From an uncultured Candidatus Poseidoniales archaeon (lineage in GTDB: Archaea; Thermoplasmatota; Poseidoniia; Poseidoniales; CAYMED01), in the NCBI GenBank assembly GCA_964389655.1, contig CAYMED010000011.1:1-64000 (forward strand): a stretch of 64,000 nucleotides of DNA. The letters run 5' to 3'. The notes beneath the pieces are model-generated. The model ran no database searches and had not been told where the DNA came from. It saw nothing but the letters and a program-made list of their open reading frames with translations. Shown piece by piece: positions 28,539-38,365 of the stretch. The stretch's first letter is position 1. Each line of letters starts with the position of its first letter. Position numbers and translations under genes: made by a program.

Positions 28539-29348
28539 TTACTTTGTCTCGTTGATCAACTCATAAATGTCTGCCAATACAAGTTCGGGGACCCATGCTG
28601 TGTCACCCCACCAAACGCGTTGATTCAGATTCTTGTCTAGAATAATTGTGGCAGTAGTGTGTTCAACCCAATAGTCAAGGGGGTGGTGCCGTGCCCCAGT
28701 AGAGCGCCCCTCTGTAGGGGTTCCATTTTGTGTATCAATACCACATCCATCTGAGTCGACTTTCTCATTTTCAGGTGTCTCGGGGCAAAGATCGAAACCA
28801 TCAACGATTCCATCTCGGTCCGTATCCGTGTCATAATTGGTGATTCCAACGTCGAAGTTCCTCCATACTGATTCAATTGGCTCAAGGCCCGTGCCAGTGA
28901 GATGTGGCCAGCTCAGATTTCGCACCTTTGAGTACTCAGAGAGCACATCCGTGCTGTCGGTGTATGGATCAACGGTGATACTTATGATTCCTAATTGATC
29001 ATGTAAATCTCGATCGATATTGGCATCCACATATCGGAGATTTGCTGATACCACGGGGCAGATGTCAATGCATCTTGTGAAAATGAAGGCTACAAGGACC
29101 ACTTTCCCGTTCATCTCGCTCATGTTAAATGTCGAATTATCAGTATTGATAAGTTCAAATGAAGGTACGGGGAGAGGTGGCACAATCCTGCACGTGACAT
29201 TTTTTGTTATGTCGTCACAGACTGGCTTCGATGCGACTCCAGTGACTATAGTTTCAATATGGCCAGGTGAATTGAGACAGCCTGCCCCCGTTGAAGTGAG
29301 AAGCAGTGCTAGGAAGATGGCAAACGCCCGGTCCACATCTTCAGTCAT
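28539..29348 (-). CDS. SCO1/SenC copper chaperone paralogue with an inserted TSP3-like Ca-binding repeat
   Basis: GAGC lipobox; FIFTRCIDIC, ITVDPYTD, YWVEHTTATIILD; insert DTDRDGIVDGFDLCPETP..VDSDGC. Confidence 0.88.
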   Translation of the reverse strand: MTEDVDRAFAIFLALLLTSTGAGCLNSPGHIETIVTGVASKPVCDDITKNVTCRIVPPLPVPSFELINTDNSTFNMSEMNGKVVLVAFIFTRCIDICPVVSANLRYVDANIDRDLHDQLGIISITVDPYTDSTDVLSEYSKVRNLSWPHLTGTGLEPIESVWRNFDVGITNYDTDTDRDGIVDGFDLCPETPENEKVDSDGCGIDTQNGTPTEGRSTGARHHPLDYWVEHTTATIILDKNLNQRVWWGDTAWVPELVLADIYELINETK

Positions 29349-29417
29349 TTGGTTACCGATTATAGTTCTACGTTTTCCTGATTTGAAAGCATGTGGGTAT
29401 CTCATATTGCGGTGATG

Positions 29418-32400
29418 CTAAGTTCCCCTCCGTTTCCATGGCGCGGAAATTCCGGGTGTGCGATACCAATACTCTCCCTCATATGTGAGCCATTCATACC
29501 CATCAGATGAGATTGTGCCTGCAAGTGTGGTGGGTGGTGCTGGAATCCCAAAATGTGATTTGTCCACCGAGAATGATTCATGTACCAACCCCCCAAACTG
29601 ATTTTCGTATTTCGAACGCATTCGTTCCAGACGAAGTGCTTGATGGGCGCCAATCATGCGCATCATGAGGGCTCGCTCGTATTCGGATGAAATTTCAGAT
29701 AGTTCGTGCTCGGAAGTCGCTTGCCCTAAGCGCTCTTCAAAGCGGCGGGTACGGGATTCTCTCGTGATCATACTTAGGGCAAACCAAGCCGCCAATGGTG
29801 CACCAGCCAATATACCTAGGATGTCCCATGCTCCAAGCCCCAAAGAGGTACCGGGTACAACCATCTCGAAGGTCTGTATTGGAGCAGAATCGCTGCGCAG
29901 AGGATTCGTGCCCTCTCGTAACTCAACGGTGTCAGGATACCCATCACCATCGTCATCGGTATCTGCGTTATCGCCGATTCCATCACCATCGAAATCCGAC
30001 CACTCACGTGGGTCATCTGGGAACGAATCATCCTCATCTACGACCCCATCGTTGTCATGATCGCCTGGGAAGGGATCAGGATTGGTCCCATTCGCTTCAT
30101 CGCCCAATCCATCACCATCAAGATCACTCCATTGCGTTGGATCGAAGGGGAAGTGGTCCTCATCGGATTGGGTGTCAGATGTATCGAGAGGGTTGGGCCA
30201 ACCGTCTGCATCCCAATCCTCATGCGTTCCTCGACCATCATTCGGCACGGGGTCGATTAGATCAGGAATCCCGTCGCCATCAGTATCTGGACAAGCGATC
30301 ATTTCGATGCTTGAATCTCCTGCAGCAGTCGCACAGTCATCGTTGAGATCAGACCAACCATCCCCGTCCTCATCGGGACATGCCCAGCGGTCGAGGTGTG
30401 AGGTGCCAGCAGAAGATGGACAATCGTCACTGGCATCCTCGACACCATCACCATCGCCATCTCGACATCCAAGATGTGGTACAAGCAATCCATCAGCCAC
30501 TCGCCAAGAGCTTTCTCCGTACTCGTCAGGACAAGAATCGGGTTCATGACCACTTGAGCGATCACCGAACCCATCACCATCGCTGTCATCCCATTGGGTC
30601 GGGTCATTCGGATGACTGTCAGCGCTCCCGAGAGGACTCGCTAGTGCCTGACCATCGGGATTCGACCAACCATCACCATCCAGATCGATACATCCTGAAC
30701 GATCGTTGGTACTGTTTCCGAACATGCTTGGACAATCATCGTCACCTTGGTCTGAGTAAGTATCTCCATCCAGATCCGACCATCTCGAGGCATCGCCATC
30801 ATCGATATCCGATTGACTCGACCAACCATCGCCATCAATATCCACACAACCTAGCACATCGGCTGTCGAATTACCCCAGATCATCGGACATCGATCAGCA
30901 TCACTTCCATCTGGAGCATCACCATACCCATCACCATCATGATCGGAATGTTGTGTTGGGTCAGCACGGTGTGAATCACCTTCATCCGACCATCCATCAC
31001 CATCGATATCCCTGCATCCCCAGAGGTCTTGTGTGGATGTTCCACTCTCATCTGGACAATCATCGAATGGTTCGATAGGGGATAGTCCTCGAGTGAGGAG
31101 GACTTGGTCCTCATAGCCATCGTTATCAGAATCCCAGGGTGAAGGATCTGGACGATATGCGACAGGTACCCATTGTCCGATACCACGAGGAGAGCGAGTG
31201 ACGTTCAGAGAAGGATCATCCCAATTATCTCCACGTCCATCCTCATCGATATCTGACCACTGGCTGGACTGTTGCAGAAATGAGTCATAGAGGTCTGATT
31301 GACCGTCACCATCGAGATCGGGGCAACCGAACCGATCTCTCCACGAATCGCCCCAATACCCTGTGCATCCATCAGGCAGCCTTCCTTGGGAGCGGTCTCC
31401 AAATCCGTCATTATCCTGATCGCTGATCTGCGTTGGGTCATTCGGAATTTCATCGTTTGGTTCGCTGACCCAATCACCATCCTGATCAAACTCCCCAAAG
31501 AATACCTGATTGGTCTGCTGCTCATTGGCAACTGCCAAGTCGAGTGCACCATCCGCATTGATATCTCCCATCTTCAACACCCATGTGTCAAGGATGTCAG
31601 GACTGGTCCAGGCGATCTTACTGAAATTCCCACCTTGATTCATCCGAATGTGGTTGCTGGACTGATAATTGCCCTCGACCATATCGAGGTCGCCATCGTT
31701 ATCCACATCCCATAATCCTATACTGACCGTATCGAGGCTATTGGTAGTCTGCCATGATGGGGCAGTGGGGAAATTACCGTTTCCTGGATTGAGGTACAAT
31801 TGATTCGCTTGATTCTCATTTGCGACAACGATGTCAACATCTCCGTCACCATCCACATCTCCAACATCGCAACCCTGCGCATTCATTGAGGAAGCACTGG
31901 CCCAACCTGCACTGGTGCTCAAGGCCGTACCTGTGTTGAAGAAGATTTGATCGACATCACCATAATTGGCAACGAACATATCTAATGCACCATCGCCGTC
32001 GAAATCTGCCAGTTCAGCACAATTGGAATATCTGCTATCAGCACTACTCCAAGAAGCAACATCTGACGTCTGACACTGTGAACTACCCCCTGAACACTCT
32101 ACCAGATATATTCGGTTTTCACCATGGTTCACCACTACTAAGTCGGCTCGCTCGTCTCCATTGACATCTCCTGCAACCAATTCAATGCTATCATCAGATT
32201 CTTGGGAGACCCAAGAAGCAGAACTACTCACGGAATTTTCTCCCCGAGTCCAGCCATGATTCTGACCATTGTAGTTTCCAATGATCACATCCAATTTTCC
32301 ATCAGTATCAAAATCATACCACAATATTCCTCCAGAGTTGGTGCCTGCTGCGTGTTCTGTAAACCAATGTGGGGAGTAGGATTGAGTCGCATTATCAAAT

Positions 32401-33977
32401 TCGTACACTTTGCTTGCTGAATATTTGTTTCCAATTAGTAGATCCAGATCGCCATCTCCATCCATATCTCCTAGGTCCATCGAATATGTGTAGTCAGCTG
32501 CACCATCATTCCAGGATGCAATGGATTGTAGCATCTGTCCACCATTGATGAAAACCAGTGGGCCATCATTGCCGTCAGCCGTTGCAAAATCAATGTCGCC
32601 ATCGCCATCAATATCTACAAATGCCGAATCAGAGGAATCGCCGATTCCTAGGGTCGACCACTCTGGTGGGCCATATCCATCCTTGTTGGTAGTTTCGAAA
32701 ATACGGATGTTGTCCTGGCTGTTGGAATTAGATTCAAGCAAGTCCAGATCGCCATCACTATCGATATCTGCCAATCGGACGTCCATGGTGTCCACTGATT
32801 CGGAACTCTGCCAGTCAGCTGTACTGGATAAGATGCCAGCGTTGTTCCTGAATAATTGATTCACTCCACCGCGATTGCCAACAATCAGGTCCATGTCCCC
32901 ATCTGCATCTATATCGCCTACGGCCACAGAACTGGTGGATTGATCAGTAGGACTCTGCCAAGATGCCGAAGAAGCGAAGACCGTTCCAGAATTGAGGTGA
33001 ACAGAGACCCTGCCATCGGAAACCGCTTCAATCAGATCAAGGTCACCATCTCCATCGATATCTGCCAATTTGACATCCATCACACTTCCACTATTCCCCG
33101 TATACCCACCTTGCCACGAAGGTGAAGTGCCAAACGAGGTTCCAGAATTTTCGAACACCACCACCCCTACAGTCAACACCCCAGCGATGAGATCGAGATC
33201 ATTGTCCCCATCGATATCTCCCCAATCAAGACTGGTGTATCGAGATACTGGTTTTGAACCACCATATAGATGGGACCAGAATGGATTTTTGGAGAGATTA
33301 CCTCCTTGATTCTCAAAGATCTGGATTGGCCCCTCAAAATTGGCTACTGCAAGATCAGCGTCTCCATCAGAGTCATAATCACCCCAAGCGATATCAATTG
33401 AAACCAATGAATCTGAGCTGCTCCACGAGGGGGCAGAGTCGAATCCAGCGCCTTGGTTCATATAGACTTCATTCTTTGCTCCATTATTCCCTATTGCCAA
33501 GTCCATGTCTCCATCCTTATCGACATCTGCCCAATCTATCGCTATCGCCGCAGAACCTTGGGGAATTACCTTGACAGGACCCGAATTGAACGGAGCTGGA
33601 GGGGGATCCGATACACAATTTGCAGTAGGAACAAGACAGGATAACCCTCTACGGGAAGGGCCTGGAGGAAGGGCTGGGTCCATGATGTGATCATCATCTG
33701 AGTTGATGACTCCATCGCCATCCCAATCGCTTGATGAAACCGAGTAAGGCCGCTGTGGCTCCCACCAATCGCCAGATTGCAGATGGTATCCTCCTGTGCT
33801 GTTGCCCATTTTTGCAAGGCGGCCGCTGGTTTGCGCAAGAGGAGATATGGCCTCTTCGGAAGCGGTTGATTCATCCCCTCCCAGCATCATTTCGGCAAAG
33901 ACCGCAATGAACAGCATCGAAAAGAGAAGTGCGGTGCAAGCAGTCCTCATTACAGGCAGGGAAGGGGGTATGTCCAT
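29418..33977 (-). CDS. Giant surface protein: FG-GAP/VCBS repeats, TSP3 repeats, TM and cytoplasmic tail
   Basis: Many [WL][GA]DxDxDGDxDL FG-GAP units; many DxDGDGxxD / D.CP / DPTQW TSP3 units; TM LGAWDILGILAGAPLAAWFALSMI. Confidence 0.9.
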   Translation of the reverse strand: MDIPPSLPVMRTACTALLFSMLFIAVFAEMMLGGDESTASEEAISPLAQTSGRLAKMGNSTGGYHLQSGDWWEPQRPYSVSSSDWDGDGVINSDDDHIMDPALPPGPSRRGLSCLVPTANCVSDPPPAPFNSGPVKVIPQGSAAIAIDWADVDKDGDMDLAIGNNGAKNEVYMNQGAGFDSAPSWSSSDSLVSIDIAWGDYDSDGDADLAVANFEGPIQIFENQGGNLSKNPFWSHLYGGSKPVSRYTSLDWGDIDGDNDLDLIAGVLTVGVVVFENSGTSFGTSPSWQGGYTGNSGSVMDVKLADIDGDGDLDLIEAVSDGRVSVHLNSGTVFASSASWQSPTDQSTSSVAVGDIDADGDMDLIVGNRGGVNQLFRNNAGILSSTADWQSSESVDTMDVRLADIDSDGDLDLLESNSNSQDNIRIFETTNKDGYGPPEWSTLGIGDSSDSAFVDIDGDGDIDFATADGNDGPLVFINGGQMLQSIASWNDGAADYTYSMDLGDMDGDGDLDLLIGNKYSASKVYEFDNATQSYSPHWFTEHAAGTNSGGILWYDFDTDGKLDVIIGNYNGQNHGWTRGENSVSSSASWVSQESDDSIELVAGDVNGDERADLVVVNHGENRIYLVECSGGSSQCQTSDVASWSSADSRYSNCAELADFDGDGALDMFVANYGDVDQIFFNTGTALSTSAGWASASSMNAQGCDVGDVDGDGDVDIVVANENQANQLYLNPGNGNFPTAPSWQTTNSLDTVSIGLWDVDNDGDLDMVEGNYQSSNHIRMNQGGNFSKIAWTSPDILDTWVLKMGDINADGALDLAVANEQQTNQVFFGEFDQDGDWVSEPNDEIPNDPTQISDQDNDGFGDRSQGRLPDGCTGYWGDSWRDRFGCPDLDGDGQSDLYDSFLQQSSQWSDIDEDGRGDNWDDPSLNVTRSPRGIGQWVPVAYRPDPSPWDSDNDGYEDQVLLTRGLSPIEPFDDCPDESGTSTQDLWGCRDIDGDGWSDEGDSHRADPTQHSDHDGDGYGDAPDGSDADRCPMIWGNSTADVLGCVDIDGDGWSSQSDIDDGDASRWSDLDGDTYSDQGDDDCPSMFGNSTNDRSGCIDLDGDGWSNPDGQALASPLGSADSHPNDPTQWDDSDGDGFGDRSSGHEPDSCPDEYGESSWRVADGLLVPHLGCRDGDGDGVEDASDDCPSSAGTSHLDRWACPDEDGDGWSDLNDDCATAAGDSSIEMIACPDTDGDGIPDLIDPVPNDGRGTHEDWDADGWPNPLDTSDTQSDEDHFPFDPTQWSDLDGDGLGDEANGTNPDPFPGDHDNDGVVDEDDSFPDDPREWSDFDGDGIGDNADTDDDGDGYPDTVELREGTNPLRSDSAPIQTFEMVVPGTSLGLGAWDILGILAGAPLAAWFALSMITRESRTRRFEERLGQATSEHELSEISSEYERALMMRMIGAHQALRLERMRSKYENQFGGLVHESFSVDKSHFGIPAPPTTLAGTISSDGYEWLTYEGEYWYRTPGISAPWKRRGT

Positions 33978-34013
33978 AACGGCTTCGCGCCGTGTTTTCC
34001 GCGTAAAGATGGG

Positions 34014-35804
34014 TTATTGGGGTGTGATGAGAATGTTCTCTTCCTTCACAGTGATAATTGGTATTTCAAGAGATGATTGAGTTGGAAGAACGTGAATTGA
34101 ACACACATTCCCACAGGCAGGAGCAAGGTAATCCTCACCCGTGTCAGTCATCATGAAACGAAGGCCGTGCCCAGCGGGAAGAATCGCATCTATCGCCTGA
34201 AATTCCATCATCATGGTGATCTCTTGTCCAGGGACCACAGTTTGGGGTTCATAGCCCCCGGCATGATATCTAACATCCATTGTTGCATGTCCTAAACGGA
34301 CCCCTGTCGTCGAATCCTGCACCTCAACAAATACTTGGCCACCATCAAACGTTGGTACGACAGGAAGGTGCAGCGCCACTAAACCTGCGATATGTGTATC
34401 CGAATTTTGGTTCAACGCGGGGCATTCGAGTGTGATGCTTTGTCCACCGCCAATGATCGAGACGCCGCCACCAACAAAAACCCCGGAATCGCTGCATTCT
34501 CCCATGTTGGGATAGAGGGTGCTTACGCTTCTAGAGGGCCATGTTTCTTCGATTCGCCATTGTCCATCATTGCGCTGTATTTGCGCATGAAGGTCGGGCT
34601 TTGGGCCGATTCCCTTGAGATAATATTCAAACCATTCGAACAGATCTTGTGCCCAATCCCATCGAGTCATGTTGTGGATTGCTTCACCTCCATAACCACT
34701 GCTTTGCCCATCGTGTTTTTCCCACTGGTCTGGGTAATTGTGCTCCCACTGGCCAAATATGCCCCGCACATCGAATCCTGCGCCGATATAATCATAATAC
34801 CAATTGTGCCCAATCGGGCCACCAAATACTTGATGAGGATCTACATTCCAATCCTGCAAACCCTGCACCCAATATACAGAGCCATTCCAATTCGCAAATG
34901 CCTTGTCAACGTGGCTGCGTTCGTCGTAGTAATGCTCCATATAAGGATCTAATTCACCCATGCCATATGTTATGGGGCCTGCAAATAATCCTTCAGCAAT
35001 ATCTGGGCACACGTTGTCGAGATCATCTTCATTGTAATCGACTGTGCTCGAAAAATAATTCATGTGCATGACCTGTGACCTCGCTTCTGCGCTCCCATTT
35101 TTGTAGAGTAGGGGGTGTAGTGCCGTGGTGCCAGATATTGGTACGATGGTCTTCAGATATCTGCTTCCCATCGCTGCGGCTTCCCATTGGGTCGCGCCTT
35201 CGTAGGATTTTCCATAAAGACCCACATGACCATTGCTCCAAGCTTGGCTACCTAACCATTCGACAGCATGATGAATTCCCAATCCTTCACCCGCCCCCCG
35301 GTAGTCGAAGCACCCACTAGAAAGTTCAGTTCCGAAAACAGATACCTGAGCGAATGCATAGCCATGCGGGATAAAATTCTCAAAAATAAACTCGCCACGC
35401 CCCGCGCCAACGACCCCAGTGTGCCCCGATTCCGAACCTGGCTGTCCAAAAGAAAAGTAAGGGCTCACAACAGCAATCACAGGGACTTTCTCGCCCTGCT
35501 CTGTATTGTTTGGCAGCCAATATGAGAGGTGGACTTCAGATTCAGGAGGCCCAGTCTCCCACACGGTACTTGTGTCAACACCAACATAAGCATCTTGAAC
35601 TTCTAAAGCGTGGTATGGCCCCTGGTTTAGGACGTATGAAAACGTGTGGTTCATATTCCATTCAAGGGCATGCCGATCCCAAATATCAGGATAGGTAATC
35701 TCCTCTTCTTTCCTACTTCCCCCACCGTCTCCAAAACAACCACCCAAGGATATGGAGAAAAGGAGCAGAGCAACCGTTGCTGCCTTGCTCTTGTCCTTGG
35801 GCAT
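34014..35804 (-). CDS. CocE/NonD family serine hydrolase (peptidase S15-like), lipoprotein-like
   Basis: SLGGC lipobox; SPY, WSNGHVGLYGKSYEG nucleophile elbow, QGLQDWNV, GQWEH. Confidence 0.9.
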   Translation of the reverse strand: MPKDKSKAATVALLLFSISLGGCFGDGGGSRKEEEITYPDIWDRHALEWNMNHTFSYVLNQGPYHALEVQDAYVGVDTSTVWETGPPESEVHLSYWLPNNTEQGEKVPVIAVVSPYFSFGQPGSESGHTGVVGAGRGEFIFENFIPHGYAFAQVSVFGTELSSGCFDYRGAGEGLGIHHAVEWLGSQAWSNGHVGLYGKSYEGATQWEAAAMGSRYLKTIVPISGTTALHPLLYKNGSAEARSQVMHMNYFSSTVDYNEDDLDNVCPDIAEGLFAGPITYGMGELDPYMEHYYDERSHVDKAFANWNGSVYWVQGLQDWNVDPHQVFGGPIGHNWYYDYIGAGFDVRGIFGQWEHNYPDQWEKHDGQSSGYGGEAIHNMTRWDWAQDLFEWFEYYLKGIGPKPDLHAQIQRNDGQWRIEETWPSRSVSTLYPNMGECSDSGVFVGGGVSIIGGGQSITLECPALNQNSDTHIAGLVALHLPVVPTFDGGQVFVEVQDSTTGVRLGHATMDVRYHAGGYEPQTVVPGQEITMMMEFQAIDAILPAGHGLRFMMTDTGEDYLAPACGNVCSIHVLPTQSSLEIPIITVKEENILITPQ

Positions 35805-35878
35805 TTGCTATTGCGAGGACATACATGCCATCAAGTTGACGTGGCAAGTGCTTTGATCTGTATTACCATCCGGTCCAC

Positions 35879-37504
35879 GTGAGCGAGGACGATTCAGGTG
35901 TTAAGACACCCACGCGCGAACAGTTGGGCATCCCTCGGCATGGCGAATCAGATGTACTTGGAACGCGTGTAGATATTAATGCACCAATCTCTGAATTGGA
36001 GGTGAACTTAGAGGATCTGCTCCGAGATGAGGCTGCAGCATTTTCCTTCAATCAAGGGCCAGGGAAGCTATTGGTCCGTCTCATCCCCATACCGCTCATT
36101 CTCCTTGGCATAGTGTATCAATTACGCCCAACGGATTTTGCCATCCAAATAGGGCCTGGTGGTTTATCCATCCTCATAGTTGTAATGCTAATTGGCCAAA
36201 TGGTTTGGCAAATACCCCTCAGAAGGCGGACTATGGGTCTTTTATCAACCCTGGCGGCCTATGAATTACAGGCACTAATTGGGACGAGGCAGGGCCGCCC
36301 CATGAGTTCACTTGAAGGCCATTCGGAATTACTTGATACACTCAATTCATTGGTCGGCCAAGCGCGTAACCGGCAGGTGATGGGCCTTTTGGCAGTCTTC
36401 TTCTACCTCGTCACCCTAATTGGTTCCGTTTCGATCACCAATCCATATGGGTATCGAGACTTGGCAACAGCAGACGTCTTCGAATGGGACCGCTTCACCC
36501 TTGCACTTTCCGCTGGGATGGGGGCCGGATTAACCTTGATACTATGGGGTAATGTGATGATGTCTCGCCCATCCGAGCCGTTAATTTCAGATGATTTGGG
36601 GTTGCTTGAGATTTTTGTTCCTACGGGCCACCCAATGCTTCTTGAACACCCTATTGTCGAAGTTGTTCGTTCTGTTCTTGACCCCATTTTGCTCACGCAC
36701 TTTGATGACTGGTGTGATGAGGTGCGAGCAATGGTGCTTGATGGGCACAACCCCTATGAAGAGATGGAACGACTATTTTTGCTTCATCTACTCTACAGGC
36801 GCAATGCCATAAACAACGAGGTTCTTGCTGATGAACTCAGTGAAAGTTTTTCAGACGTCAACTCGATCCTTGGACACCCTAGGTTCCCTAAGCCGGTCCT
36901 TGCCGGAATCCTTGAGCGAGCAGAGAAACTTGTTCCGGCGTTATTCAGCCTGATTGATCGTTTGATGCACGATGTGTCCCATTCATTGCCACAGTTACGC
37001 TCAAGACCCGTTCTGATGGATGCAGAAATCGATCGCGTCATTACAGGAGAGCGTGCGAATCTCCTCATCCTTCTCGCAGATAGCAGGCCTATAGATCAGC
37101 GCCTTAGGATTGACATTAATGCACCACACATGTCTCCCGAGAATCTTGGATTGAATGTATTATTTACTGCCGAGAAATCCCTTGAATGGCCCGATGAAGA
37201 TGCCCTTGACATTGCTAGCAAAACTGATGTTGACCTTGCAGGTTTAGTTGCTCATATTCTAGAACGATCGAAGATAGCTTGGTATGACCTCATTCCAGAG
37301 GTAAAGGGGGCAACCCGTGTTACTGTCTCCGTAGTCGATGAGGGGGGGGACGCCCTTGGTGGACGTGTCATGCGGATACTTTATCGCAAGGATATCGGGG
37401 CTGCGCTTAAATCCCAAGCAGGAAAAATGGGCGTTCTAGCAGGTGCAGCCACACCCCTCATGAAAGCAGTCCCTGGACTTCGCGCAGGGTTAGGCCTTCC
37501 ATGA
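35879..37504 (+). CDS. Hypothetical membrane protein (about 4 TM helices plus a large soluble domain)
   Basis: 541-aa ORF filling the gap between neighbours; hydrophobic helices in the N-terminal half; no motif recognised. Confidence 0.75.
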   Translation: MSEDDSGVKTPTREQLGIPRHGESDVLGTRVDINAPISELEVNLEDLLRDEAAAFSFNQGPGKLLVRLIPIPLILLGIVYQLRPTDFAIQIGPGGLSILIVVMLIGQMVWQIPLRRRTMGLLSTLAAYELQALIGTRQGRPMSSLEGHSELLDTLNSLVGQARNRQVMGLLAVFFYLVTLIGSVSITNPYGYRDLATADVFEWDRFTLALSAGMGAGLTLILWGNVMMSRPSEPLISDDLGLLEIFVPTGHPMLLEHPIVEVVRSVLDPILLTHFDDWCDEVRAMVLDGHNPYEEMERLFLLHLLYRRNAINNEVLADELSESFSDVNSILGHPRFPKPVLAGILERAEKLVPALFSLIDRLMHDVSHSLPQLRSRPVLMDAEIDRVITGERANLLILLADSRPIDQRLRIDINAPHMSPENLGLNVLFTAEKSLEWPDEDALDIASKTDVDLAGLVAHILERSKIAWYDLIPEVKGATRVTVSVVDEGGDALGGRVMRILYRKDIGAALKSQAGKMGVLAGAATPLMKAVPGLRAGLGLP

Positions 37505-37603
37505 TCTTGTGATCCGACCCCTGATTTTGCAGCAAGATGAAGCAACTGAGCCCAACTTGCTGCCATGTTTTCTCTTGATGCGGGATCCGTATTTGGAGGA
37601 TAC

Positions 37604-38161
37604 TCATTCTTTACCGTAGATTTCATGTTCAAGTTCATCTAGCAAATGTAGAATGTCTGGATAGCCGGACATTTCAATGGTCCTCTTCGCTGACCTGAAA
37701 AACTCGTTTGGCTCACTTAGGCGCCCCTCCAATGCATAATTCGCTGCTTGTAAAGCCATGTCTAATCTATCGCAGGCACGGATAAATCGTGCTTCGGGAG
37801 ATGTACCTGCCTCCATCTCCTCTAATCGTGCCACCCAGTGCGAGACATCGCTGGCGATTGGCTCAAGCATTGCTGAAAGGGCACACGCTTCTTCTTCCGC
37901 CTTTTTTTTTCGGTCCGGCACCTCATCAGGGACGCGGTCTCCTGTACGCACTTCGGCGAGGTCATGGATGATTGCCATTTCGAGAATTTTGACTCGGTTT
38001 AGTTTAGGTGGAGATAGGATTGCCGCTAGGAGTCCGACACCCCACGAATGTGCAGCCACAGATTCGGGGTTATCGACGCCCCTTAGCACCCAACCAGTTC
38101 GCGCTAGATCCTTGAGTTTCTGAAATTCAAGAAGCGCCCCTAGGTGCCCAGTTGGCCTCAT
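37604..38161 (-). CDS. HD-domain hydrolase (HDDC2/YfbR-like 5'-deoxynucleotidase)
   Basis: LKDLARTGW, PESVAAHS, AIIHDLAEVRTGD, EARFIRACDRLDM..QA; start set at ATG 38161. Confidence 0.9.
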   Translation of the reverse strand: MRPTGHLGALLEFQKLKDLARTGWVLRGVDNPESVAAHSWGVGLLAAILSPPKLNRVKILEMAIIHDLAEVRTGDRVPDEVPDRKKKAEEEACALSAMLEPIASDVSHWVARLEEMEAGTSPEARFIRACDRLDMALQAANYALEGRLSEPNEFFRSAKRTIEMSGYPDILHLLDELEHEIYGKE

Positions 38162-38241
38162 ATCCTTGCCCGGTTTCTTTCGTGTTTTGAACTTCTTTGT
38201 TCCGCAGGTCTCATCAGCATAACCCGTCACGCCACAAGCAC

Positions 38242-38314
38242 AGCCCCGTAGTGTAGTGGTCCATCATCTCGGACTTTGGATCCGGGGACGGCGGTTCAAA
38301 TCCGCCCGGGGCTA
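38242..38314 (+). tRNA. tRNA-Gln (anticodon TTG)
   Basis: Acceptor stem AGCCCCG/CGGGGCT plus A, anticodon arm TCGGA-CTTTGGA-TCCGG, T-arm GGCGG-TTCAAAT-CCGCC; no encoded CCA. Confidence 0.96.
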
Positions 38315-38365
38315 CTTGAACGCCTATCGGTCAAGATCAAATTTGGGTATCGTCCGCTCACTTTG

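Noticed and set aside
29795-31715. Repetitive CCATCNCCATC DNA and His-rich ORFs suggesting a CRISPR array or DNA repeat
   Set aside because: Explained by DxDGDG coding repeats; no constant repeat-spacer period and no cas genes
38276-38365. S8 ORF extension overlapping tRNA-Gln
   Set aside because: ORF-caller artefact; the signal peptide follows ATG 38366
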